DNA of 64,000 nt. Origin: an uncultured bacterium. Lineage in GTDB: Bacteria > Planctomycetota > UBA1135 > GCA-002686595. Below the pieces are notes generated by a model. It had not been told where the DNA came from and ran no database searches. It worked only from the letters and a program-made list of their open reading frames with translations. The DNA is taken from the NCBI GenBank assembly GCA_943787795.1, contig CALSNU010000006.1, positions 96,001-160,000 on the forward strand. Direction: 5' to 3'. This document shows positions 19,086 to 27,545 of the stretch, one piece after another; position 1 is the stretch's first letter, and the number at the start of each line of letters is the position of its first letter. The translations under genes and the position numbers were made by a program.

Positions 19086-19827
19086 CGAGGATCTGGGCGG
19101 TGAGGGCACTCTGGTGGGGGCCGGGCTTGCCAGGGGGCGGATGTTGTCAGGAGTTGAACACGATAGCGCGCAGATCCGCATTCCGATGGAGGCGGCCGAG
19201 GCCCGAGGGTGAATTGAGTCATCCGCCAGCGTCATGCGGCCGCGTCCGTGGCGGCAAGCTTGCTCTTCGGCCTGGTCTGCAGATCGGAGAATCAACCCCG
19301 AGAACTCAACCCACCTCGACAGGGCGGCGAACAGCAGCGGCCCCGCCACCAGGTCGCGTACCCTTCGCGCCTTGGCCACCGAGTCGCGGCGGTTGCATGG
19401 CTCGTGCCGTTCTCGGTAGGTGTCTGTATGGTGGTGCCTGAGCGTGGACATGGCTCTGGCCGCGCTCGGGTCATATGCGCCCGCCCTTGCGGAAGGCACC
19501 CCCGCCTCGTGCAGCGGCTTCAGGTCGCTAGTGGCAAGGGGAGGGTGGAGGCGGTGGCGTGGTCCGTGCTGCAGATGCGTTCGTTGGGCTGAAGCTGCGG
19601 CTCCAAGGTCCTCGGCTCGGGGTGGGGGTGCCAGTGGATTCGCCTCCGGACTCTTCATCCGTTCCTTGCCGTTCGGAGCATGAGGCGGGCAGGCGCCGAG
19701 TGCGCCTTGCCTCACCGGTTTCCCGCGAGGGAGTTCCAGGCGCTGTGTCCCTCGATGCGTGAGTCCTCCGGCAGCTTCGATGAGGTTGAAGAGGTCAGGG
19801 AGGGCGCGGGGGCTAGACTCAGGGCCG

Positions 19828-20460
19828 ATGTGCTCTGTCTTCCGCGTTGCCTTGTTCCCGAGGATGCTGGCTGGTGCCTTGGCCTTCCTGGGACTCTGCT
19901 GGGCCCCTGGCTGCGGGGCCGAGCACGGGACGCTGGGAACCCTCCTGGTCGTCGCGGGGGATGGGGTCGGCGGTGCTGTCTCGCCGCTTCCGAGGCCGGT
20001 GGCGGGGGGGCTTGACGCTTCGGTGGCGGCGTGGGTCTTCGTCTCGGAGGACTGCCCCATAGCCCGAGCGTACATGCCGGAGATCGAGTCGATCGCGCAG
20101 GACTTCCGCGGGCGCGGCGTTTGCGTCCTTGTGGTGCACGTTGACCCTCAAATCACGCCGGCGCGCGCTTCTGCGCACGCCCGCCAGTACGGGGTCTCGG
20201 CACCGGTGGTTGTGGATTGTGACCACCGCCTTGTCCGACATTGCGGCGCAACGGTGACGCCGGAGGCTGCCGTCTTTGACTCGTCTGGTTCACTCCGTTA
20301 TCTCGGGCGTATTGACGACCGCTTCCCCGCCCTAGGGTCGAGGCGCGCGCCGACGACGTCCGAGCTGCGTGACGCGCTGGAAGCGGTGTTGAGCGAAGAG
20401 GATCCCGACGTGGCGAGGGCGCCCTCGGTGGGGTGCCTCATTGAGGAGCTGCGCCAATGA
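19828..20460 (+). CDS. Redoxin/AhpC-TSA family thioredoxin-fold protein
   Basis: FVSEDCPIARAY, ATVTPEAAV, YLGRIDD and C-terminal GCLI; start codon uncertain. Confidence 0.85.
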   Translation: MCSVFRVALFPRMLAGALAFLGLCWAPGCGAEHGTLGTLLVVAGDGVGGAVSPLPRPVAGGLDASVAAWVFVSEDCPIARAYMPEIESIAQDFRGRGVCVLVVHVDPQITPARASAHARQYGVSAPVVVDCDHRLVRHCGATVTPEAAVFDSSGSLRYLGRIDDRFPALGSRRAPTTSELRDALEAVLSEEDPDVARAPSVGCLIEELRQ

Positions 20461-22421
20461 TCTCGTGCCGGCGAACCCTGGGCGGAACCCCTCCCAATTG
20501 GACACCGCGGGGCTGGGCGAAGCATCTCGGTCCGCTCGGCCAAGGCTTGCGTGCGGGGGCCGTCGCTCTCCTGGTCTCTAGTTGCGGGGCTGACGGCGGG
20601 GACGGAGCCGTGACCTGGGCCGGGTCGGAGGGGCGGCCGGGGGTGTGCGAGCTCATGTATCGGCACTGCTCGACCTGCCATCGCCCGGGACAGCCGGCCC
20701 CGTTCAGCCTGCTGACCTTCGACGACGCCTGGCGCAAGCGGCGGCAGATCGCCCGGGTGACGGCGAGCGGGTACATGCCGCCATGGCTCCCGAGCCACGG
20801 CGACTTCATCGGCGCGAGGGGTCTGAGCCAGGCCGAGGTCGACCGGGTCTCGGCCTGGGTCGAAGGGGGCGCGCCGCGCGGAGACTCCGACGCCGAGCCG
20901 AGCCCGCCCACGTTTCCTTCCGGATGGCAGCTCGGAGAGCCCGACCTGATCGTGACCGCGGAGGAGTGGCTGGAGCTGCCAGCGGCGGGTCCAGACCTCT
21001 TCCAGAACCTGGTCCTCCCCGTGGAGACCGGGGCGCTCCGCTTCGTGGATGCCGTGGAGATCCGCCCCGGTAATCCCAGCGTTCATCACGCGGTGCTCCA
21101 GGTGGACGGGACGCGGGGTGCGAGGGCGCTCGATGCGGCGGTGCCTGGGCCGGGCTTTGGGGGGATGGAGATGGGCCTCTCCGTGCCGCCGGACGGTCAC
21201 TTCCTCGGGTGGACCCCCGGGAAGGCCACGCGCCGGAACGGACAGGGCAGGTCCTGGCGGCTCTGGCCAGGGAGCGATCTGGTCCTGCAACTGCACCTGA
21301 CGCCCACCGGGAAGCCGGAGCGCGTGCGGCCGTCCATCGGGCTGTACTTCACCGACGTGCCGCCCGAGGAGACCCCCTTCGCGCTGGTCATGCGCTCCGA
21401 ACGCATCGACATCGCGGCAGGTCAGACGGACTTCAAGGCAGCGGACCACGTCGTCCTCCCCGTGGCGACGGAGCTGCGCGCGGTGTACCCGCACGCCCAC
21501 TACCTCTGCACCCAGATGGAGGCCTGGGCGACGCCCCCCGAGGGCGAGCGCCTCACTCTCTTCGAGATCGACCGCTGGGACTTCGACTGGCAGGACGACT
21601 ACCACTTCAGCGTCCCCGTGCGGCTCCCAGCGGGCACCCGCGTGGACTTCGAGTACACCTACGACAACTCCGCGGCGAACCCGAACAACCCGTCCTCGCC
21701 GCCCCGCCCGGTGGCGTACGGCCTCGAGTCGACCGACGAGATGGCGACGCTCTCCATGACCCTTGTGGCGGACGAGCGGGAGGAGCGACCGCTGCTTGGC
21801 TGGGCGATGGCGAACCGGGCCGTGGAGCGGAGCCCTGGCGATCCGGGGGCCTGGGTGAACCTCGCGGTGGCGGTGCGAGCCTGCCCGGCGCCGCAGGGCG
21901 GAGAGTTCGCGCTCATGCCGCACCAGACCGCGGCGCAGCACGCGAGCCGAGCGCTGGAGCTCAGCCCGGGGCGGGGGGATGCGCTCCGTGAGCTCGGTAT
22001 CTCGCTCGTTGAGCTCGGGGATGGAGCGCGTGCGGAGGCGCTCTTTCGACGAGCGCTGAAGGAAGACGGAGAGCAGATCGCACGCCTGCACCTGGGACAG
22101 GTCCTGGCCCGAAGCGGCCGCACGCCGGAGGCCATCGTGGAGTTCGAACGCGCCGTGCTGATCTTCCCCAATCACGCGAGGCTCCGGAACAACCTCGCCA
22201 CCGCGCTCTTCATCGAGGATCGGCTGGAGGATGCTGTGGGGCACTATCGCGTCGCGGTCCGCCTCGACCCGGGGTACTTCAACGCCTGGTTCAACATGGG
22301 CCGGGCGCTGGGCTCGCTGGGGCGAACGGAGGAGGCGCGTGCTGCCCTTGAGCGAGCGAGCGCGTTGCGGCCCGGGGCGCCCGAGGTCGACGTCGCACTC
22401 GGTGAACTCGACGGATCCTGA
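20457..22421 (+). CDS. Cytochrome c + copper type II (PHM-like) monooxygenase + TPR protein
   Basis: CSTCH and MPPW; VHHAV, QLHL, PHAH, WDFDWQ and DEMA; C-terminal TPRs (NNLATAL, AWFNMGRAL); ATGA overlap with the redoxin. True start may be downstream. Confidence 0.82.
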   Translation: MISCRRTLGGTPPNWTPRGWAKHLGPLGQGLRAGAVALLVSSCGADGGDGAVTWAGSEGRPGVCELMYRHCSTCHRPGQPAPFSLLTFDDAWRKRRQIARVTASGYMPPWLPSHGDFIGARGLSQAEVDRVSAWVEGGAPRGDSDAEPSPPTFPSGWQLGEPDLIVTAEEWLELPAAGPDLFQNLVLPVETGALRFVDAVEIRPGNPSVHHAVLQVDGTRGARALDAAVPGPGFGGMEMGLSVPPDGHFLGWTPGKATRRNGQGRSWRLWPGSDLVLQLHLTPTGKPERVRPSIGLYFTDVPPEETPFALVMRSERIDIAAGQTDFKAADHVVLPVATELRAVYPHAHYLCTQMEAWATPPEGERLTLFEIDRWDFDWQDDYHFSVPVRLPAGTRVDFEYTYDNSAANPNNPSSPPRPVAYGLESTDEMATLSMTLVADEREERPLLGWAMANRAVERSPGDPGAWVNLAVAVRACPAPQGGEFALMPHQTAAQHASRALELSPGRGDALRELGISLVELGDGARAEALFRRALKEDGEQIARLHLGQVLARSGRTPEAIVEFERAVLIFPNHARLRNNLATALFIEDRLEDAVGHYRVAVRLDPGYFNAWFNMGRALGSLGRTEEARAALERASALRPGAPEVDVALGELDGS

Positions 22422-22604
22422 GCGGAGACAGGTGCGACGGAGGCGGCTGCCTGGGAGGCGGGCGGGCACCCGCTCCGCCCGGTCGACCGTGTGGGGTTCC
22501 TTGTTGGTCCGGTTTCGATCCTGGGGCTCCGATCGGAGATCGGTGGCTGTGGACGCAAGATCTTCTCAGCGAGCGCGGTCGGGCCGGCCGATCTAACGGG
22601 AGTC

Positions 22605-23501
22605 ATGACCTTCAAGGACGCCCGTCCCCGACTGCCCTTCAAGGGGCCAATCTTCATGTACGCCGTGTTCGCCCTCGGCCTGGCCGGCGCGTCGCGGTTC
22701 GTGGACCGTCAGATGGAGAGGCTTCATGGAGCCCAGGGTCTGAAGGAGGCATGGGTCGAGCACGACCTCTCGACTGGGGGGCCTGGCGGCCTCGGCCCTG
22801 CGAGTGGCGCCGAGCTCGGAGCGGAGCTCGCCCAGTACCTGCCGCTGGCGAGCCTAGATCTCGCCGCCCTCGGCATCCCCGCCCCTGGGGCGGGCGCTCA
22901 GCTCTCCCGAGTTGATGCGCTCGCAGGTTCAAATCTCGCGAGTGGCCTGTCGAGTGGCCTGGTTTCGGGCCCGGCGACTGGCCCGGCGACTGGCCCGGCG
23001 ACTGGCCCGGCGACTGGCCCGTTCACTGGTCTGATAGCTGGCCCGGAAGCCTCGGACGGGGCGCCTGAGTGGACGTTCCTCATGACGCCGGAGCAGCGCC
23101 GAGCCCATCGAAGTCCCGAGGCGCCGCACGCGAGGCTTGAGGTGGGGGTCGTGTCGCCGTCGCTCGGGGCGGTGGGACATGGCGCCCCGCCCGAGGCGAG
23201 GGCTTGCGCCCTGGCGTTTCGGCTGGTGGACGGGGCAGGATCCCCGCTCCACCTCGTCTCCCTGAAGGTGACCCAGCAGGGCTCGGACGGGGAGGTTCAC
23301 CCGGTCGCATACCGGTCGCCGGGGGACGAGGGGTGGTGGACCGGGGGGAGCCCGACGCTCACCCCGGGGCGCTGCGCGCACTTCGAGGTCGAGGGGGCCG
23401 CGGACGACGGCACCCGCTGGGTTGGCGCCACCCTCGGCCGTGCGCCCCTGCGGGGGTGCCTGGACCTCGGCTCAATCCAGCTGCAGCGGCCGGCGGACTG
23501 A
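22605..23501 (+). CDS. Hypothetical membrane-anchored protein with a GPAT repeat linker
   Basis: N-terminal hydrophobic helix and in-frame 12-bp repeats; no family recognised. Confidence 0.55.
   Translation: MTFKDARPRLPFKGPIFMYAVFALGLAGASRFVDRQMERLHGAQGLKEAWVEHDLSTGGPGGLGPASGAELGAELAQYLPLASLDLAALGIPAPGAGAQLSRVDALAGSNLASGLSSGLVSGPATGPATGPATGPATGPFTGLIAGPEASDGAPEWTFLMTPEQRRAHRSPEAPHARLEVGVVSPSLGAVGHGAPPEARACALAFRLVDGAGSPLHLVSLKVTQQGSDGEVHPVAYRSPGDEGWWTGGSPTLTPGRCAHFEVEGAADDGTRWVGATLGRAPLRGCLDLGSIQLQRPAD
22939..23029. repeat. 12-bp in-frame tandem repeat (GGCCCGGCGACT x4 plus degenerate flanking copies)
   Basis: Read directly; encodes GPAT x4. Confidence 0.92.
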
Positions 23502-23525
23502 GCGCCTGCCGTCAGAGGCGAGGCC

Positions 23526-24887
23526 TCAGCGCCACGCGCTGGCCAGCCGCCGGGCCCGTTCCCGGTCGGCGGCGCAGAGCTCCTCGGGGCCCATGTCCTT
23601 GAGCATCGCCGTCGCAGCGGGGTGCTTGGTCCTCGCGGCGAGCTCGAGCCACATGGCGGCGAACACCGGGTCGGGCCCCGGCACGCCCCGTCCCTCGCGG
23701 AGCATGCGGCCCAGGTTGAAGCGGCCCTGGGCATTGCGTCCTGCCGCGGCCCGCCGGTAGCACCGGACGGCAGCAGGTAGATCCACCTCACCCGCGAGGC
23801 CGGTCTCCAGCGCCCAGCCAAGGTGGTCCAAGGCCTCGGCGTCGCCCGTTTCCGCGGCGGCGCGAACCCACCGGAGCGCCTGGGCGGGGTCTCGCTCGAC
23901 CCCCCTCCCGTCACGGAGACGCAAACCCAGCTCGATCATGGAGGACACGCCGCCGGCCTCCGCGCGGCGTCGATCGAAGGCCACCTCGTCCTCCCCGGGC
24001 TTCTGGCGCACGGCTCGCTCGCGCTCCTCGCGCTGGTAAGCGGCGAGCATGTCCGCTGGCCAGGCGAAGGTGGGGGCAGTCTGGGGGGCCCACGCCGCGA
24101 GGTGCCCTTCTCCGAGCCGCTCGCTCGGGTGGACGTAGCGCCACGCTTCGCGCCCGAAGACCTCGGCGCAGAGCTCGAACAGAGCGAGGTCGTGCAGGAT
24201 GAGCTCCTCGCGGGTGTCGACCTTCCCGTGGTCATGGTCATTCTCGCGGTTGGTGTCGAAGTAGCTCTGAACTCCTTCCGCCCAGTACTCCTGCGGGTTC
24301 GAGGCGGCGTAAGTTCCCTTCCAGAGCCCCTCGTCCATGGCGGACCGATAGGCCGTGGACAGGCGGGCGCCGAAGCTGGGGTCCGTGGAGGAGAGCCCCA
24401 TCAGGTGGATGGCGTGGGCGAACTCGTGGATCAATATGTTCTCCGCCGCGTACGGGTCGCCAGGGAACGCGAGGAGGTTCTCCTCGCCGCAGCTCACCGA
24501 GGGCCGCGCCGCGCTGGCCCCGAGGCCCCTCGCGCGCCGGTCCCAGTACCGAGCCGGTCGCAGGTCAGCGTGCTCAGGGACGTCGGTCGTCCACTCGTCA
24601 TGGGCCATGACCGTGAAGCGCACGTCGTTGTCCGCGAGGGCCGTCAAGAGCTCGGGCCGGTGCCCGATCATCTTCGTGATCAGGAACCTCGCCTCCAGCA
24701 GAGCGGTGGGCTCAACCCTGGGCGAGGCCACCACGGGCAGGTCTCCGGCGTACACGCACTGCCCGTAGAAGTCCGTGAGGGTGAAGCGGGCCCGCGCGGC
24801 CGCTGAGGGCGGCTGAACGTCCTCGTTCCCGGGTCCCGGGGCGAGGGCCAGCGAGAGGAGGAGGAGGGGGAGCGCGAGGGGGGTCAT
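23526..24887 (-). CDS. Secreted zinc metallopeptidase-like protein (HEFAH) with C-terminal Sel1 repeats
   Basis: Signal peptide; RARGLG, EENLL, ILIHEFAHAIH and EYWAEGVQSYF; Sel1-like LG..L.DG.GV..D...A..W repeats. Confidence 0.82.
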   Translation of the reverse strand: MTPLALPLLLLSLALAPGPGNEDVQPPSAAARARFTLTDFYGQCVYAGDLPVVASPRVEPTALLEARFLITKMIGHRPELLTALADNDVRFTVMAHDEWTTDVPEHADLRPARYWDRRARGLGASAARPSVSCGEENLLAFPGDPYAAENILIHEFAHAIHLMGLSSTDPSFGARLSTAYRSAMDEGLWKGTYAASNPQEYWAEGVQSYFDTNRENDHDHGKVDTREELILHDLALFELCAEVFGREAWRYVHPSERLGEGHLAAWAPQTAPTFAWPADMLAAYQREERERAVRQKPGEDEVAFDRRRAEAGGVSSMIELGLRLRDGRGVERDPAQALRWVRAAAETGDAEALDHLGWALETGLAGEVDLPAAVRCYRRAAAGRNAQGRFNLGRMLREGRGVPGPDPVFAAMWLELAARTKHPAATAMLKDMGPEELCAADRERARRLASAWR

Positions 24888-25114
24888 GTGCGTGAAGTGG
24901 ACGCCGTGAGGGGGAGGTTCGCACCTTGGACCGAGGTCGCGGCGAGCGCTACGGCGATGGGCAGCCGTGGCCTGGCCGATCCAAAGAACACGCGGATGGT
25001 ATCGGCGGACGGCGTGGGGAGCGCTCCATGCTAGCGGGCCCCCCTCGCCAGTCGGCGAGAGGGGGCCCGTCATGGATACTCAGGCCGCTCCATTGCGACC
25101 GGACAGTGGCCAGG

Positions 25115-26527
25115 TCAGTTGAAGGTGACCTCGAGTCCGTCCGTGAAGTTCGACGTCGCGGAGCCACCGACGGCGTCCCGGAACCACGCCTGGAAGTTCC
25201 AGGTCTCTCCCGGCTGGACAGAGACGAAGCCGGTGGGCTGGGGCACCTGGGTGAGGTCGAGGGCCAGCGAGACCGATCCAGCGGCACCGGAGTTGAGGAT
25301 CTGACCGGGTCCGACGTAGCGCCCGATGGCGCCCCCGAGGCAGAGCACGCCCTGGCTGCCCCCCGGCTGCGCGACGGTGTTCTGTGCCATGCTCGTGAGG
25401 AAGAAGGCGAAGGAGTTCACCGGCAGATCCGACGCGCTGATGGTCAGGTCGTTGCTTGCGGCTGCCATGCTGCCGGTCGCGGACATCACGCCGGATTGGC
25501 CAGTCGAATTCGGCACGGCCGGACCGCAGAAGTTCAGCCCGAAGCCTCCCCCAGCGGGGCATGTGATGTTGTCCAGTTGGAAATGGGCCGGGCCGGTGAA
25601 GGGTTCCGGGATGGACCACTCGAAGCTCACGGTGACGGTCTGGCCGATGAAGCCGGCGAGGTCCACGCTCCCGGTCAGGGGTCCTGTGTCGAGGAGCGTG
25701 GTGTTCGCGGTGGCCGTGAGGATGTTCGTCGCCTGGAGCGAGGCCCCCGTTGACGGGTCTCTCACCACCACATCAAAGGTCCGGTCGAGGGTCGCCTGGC
25801 CGGTGAGCAGCATGTCCCAGCCTGCCCGGTAGTCAAAGGACAGCGGTGTGAGCCCGGAGGACACCGCAATCGCCTGGGCCAAGGTGATGGTCCCGATGTC
25901 ACCGTCAAACCCGTGGGTGAGGGCGAAACCTCCCTCGGTCGGATCGCTCAGGAAGAGCCCGAAGCCGGGGCTTGTACCGGCCGGATTGACCTGCGCAGGT
26001 AGGAACGGCCCGGCGAGATCCACGAGGGTCCAGCCGCCAAGGTCACCCGTCTCGAACCCAGGATTCACGACGCAGCCCGTCACCGGGGGGGCGCCCTCGG
26101 TGGCGATCAGCGTGCCGAACCCCGATCCGGTCCCGAAGCCGCCGACCCTCACGAAGTAGGTTTGCCCAGCGGTGACCGAGCTGACCACGAGCGTGCTCTG
26201 GAGCCCGCAGGCGTCGTCATTGCAGCTGATGGGGTTGAGCGCGGCGCAGCTACCGTCGAACACCTCGAGGGCGGTGTCGTAGCTCGACCCACAGGTGGAG
26301 ATGGTGAGGCTGACGCCCGAGTTTGTGGGTGTGTAGCTGTACCACAGGTCTGGCGCCGTGGAGTTGGCGCACAGCCAGGGCGTGGCGCTCAGGGTCGCAC
26401 CTGTGGTATCGAACGCGGTTGCCGTGCCGTTGGTGAGCGCGATGGCACCAGCGCAGTCATCGTTCTGCGCCAAGGCGGAGGTCGGGACGGACAGGGCGAC
26501 GGTGGCGAACAGGAGGGCTCTGTGCAT
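25115..26527 (-). CDS. Secreted protein: Cys-rich PPC-like module, beta-sandwich and shared C-terminal domain
   Basis: Signal peptide; NDDCAGA...DLWYSY...STCGSSYDT...CNDDAC...YFVRVGG; C-terminal PNSTG...NDLTI...LCLGGAIGR...TWNFQAWFRD...SNFTDGLEVTF. Confidence 0.87.
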   Translation of the reverse strand: MHRALLFATVALSVPTSALAQNDDCAGAIALTNGTATAFDTTGATLSATPWLCANSTAPDLWYSYTPTNSGVSLTISTCGSSYDTALEVFDGSCAALNPISCNDDACGLQSTLVVSSVTAGQTYFVRVGGFGTGSGFGTLIATEGAPPVTGCVVNPGFETGDLGGWTLVDLAGPFLPAQVNPAGTSPGFGLFLSDPTEGGFALTHGFDGDIGTITLAQAIAVSSGLTPLSFDYRAGWDMLLTGQATLDRTFDVVVRDPSTGASLQATNILTATANTTLLDTGPLTGSVDLAGFIGQTVTVSFEWSIPEPFTGPAHFQLDNITCPAGGGFGLNFCGPAVPNSTGQSGVMSATGSMAAASNDLTISASDLPVNSFAFFLTSMAQNTVAQPGGSQGVLCLGGAIGRYVGPGQILNSGAAGSVSLALDLTQVPQPTGFVSVQPGETWNFQAWFRDAVGGSATSNFTDGLEVTFN

Positions 26528-26712
26528 GCTGGATCAGGTCTGGGTCATTCGAGCTGTTCCCCTGACGCTAGGGGAAACACCTATTTCCTGCCCAGGCAAT
26601 CTCCTCCGACCGAGACGATGGCCCCGAATCAGCCCGAGAGGGTGGGTCGGCAGGTCTGGACCCAGGACCCTGCCGGGCCCCTGCAGCGTTCAGGCACACG
26701 CCAGCGTGGGAC

Positions 26713-26892
26713 TCACCGCGCCTTGGTGATCTTCAGCTTGTCTGCCTTGGCTCTCTTCTTCACGGACTCCTCGCTGCGGGTCAGAGCCTTCGCGATGGCC
26801 TTCAGGCTCATGCCCTTGCCGGCGAACAGTCGAAGTTTGGCGATCTCGCTCGGCGTCCAGGCCTGCCGATGGCGCTCGAAGTTCTGTCCCAT
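26713..26892 (-). CDS. 59-aa basic helix-turn-helix (Myb/GcrA-N-like) small protein; absent from the ORF track
   Basis: Manual translation: MGQNFERHRQAWTPSEIAKLRLFAGKGMSLKAIAKALTRSEESVKKRAKADKLKITKAR*. Confidence 0.75.
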   Translation of the reverse strand: MGQNFERHRQAWTPSEIAKLRLFAGKGMSLKAIAKALTRSEESVKKRAKADKLKITKAR

Positions 26893-26964
26893 GGGGTGGC
26901 GGCGGTTCCTCGCCGGGTGTTCTTGGGTGCCGGATGTTCTTGGGAGGGGGAGGAGACGCCCGAG

Positions 26965-27180
26965 TCAGGGGGCGTTGAGGATGTTGCAGGTTCGCGACCC
27001 CGCGTCGTACCAGACCTGGGCATGCCCCGAGCGGAGCAGGGCGGTCACCTGCTCGGCCTTTCGGGAGGCCTCCGTGTGCTCCGTGCCGTCGCGGGTGACG
27101 AACTCCGCGACGATGGCCTTCAGTGCCTCGTCGCTGAGCTGATCCAGCGGGATCTGCACCCCTTCCTCGCCGTCAGTCAT
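26965..27180 (-). CDS. YheU family (UPF0270) protein
   Basis: IPLDQLSDEAL...EFVTRDGT...LRSG.A...YD pattern; overlaps the upstream gene by 8 nt. Confidence 0.85.
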   Translation of the reverse strand: MTDGEEGVQIPLDQLSDEALKAIVAEFVTRDGTEHTEASRKAEQVTALLRSGHAQVWYDAGSRTCNILNAP

Positions 27181-27460
27181 CGTCCTCGACGGCCTCGGGG
27201 TAGAAGTGCGCGATGAGCTTGCGCACGCTCAACACCTGGTCCCAGGAGTTGTGCTTTCGCTGGTACTTGTTGAAGACCTTCATCTCGAGGTCCTGCAGGT
27301 CGTCGAGCAGCGGCTTGTCATGGGTGGTCCACTCCTCATCGCCTGCGCAGATCGAGGTGAACTTCCACTGGGCGCCGAAGAGCTGCGCCTCGACCTGACG
27401 CTTCCGCCCGTCCTCCGTCTTGGTCTTCCAGGCATAGAGATTTCGAGTCCGCTTCGACAT
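27173..27460 (-). CDS. Small hypothetical protein (95 aa)
   Basis: Non-low-complexity ORF (WKTKTEDGRKRQVEA...NKYQRK); TAAGCT box 7 nt upstream; overlaps the YheU gene. Confidence 0.75.
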   Translation of the reverse strand: MSKRTRNLYAWKTKTEDGRKRQVEAQLFGAQWKFTSICAGDEEWTTHDKPLLDDLQDLEMKVFNKYQRKHNSWDQVLSVRKLIAHFYPEAVEDDD

Positions 27461-27545
27461 GGAGCAGAGCTTAGCGCCTGGGGAGGTCGGCCCGGGCGAT
27501 CACCGCCCTTCCGTTGGGTCAAGGCGTCAGGGACGGGCCTGGCCC

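Noticed and set aside
19086..20075. N-terminal 330 aa of the 666-aa ORF 18075-20075
   Set aside because: Pro/Ala/Arg-rich low-complexity translation that overlaps the redoxin gene on the other strand; the real gene likely starts at 19085.
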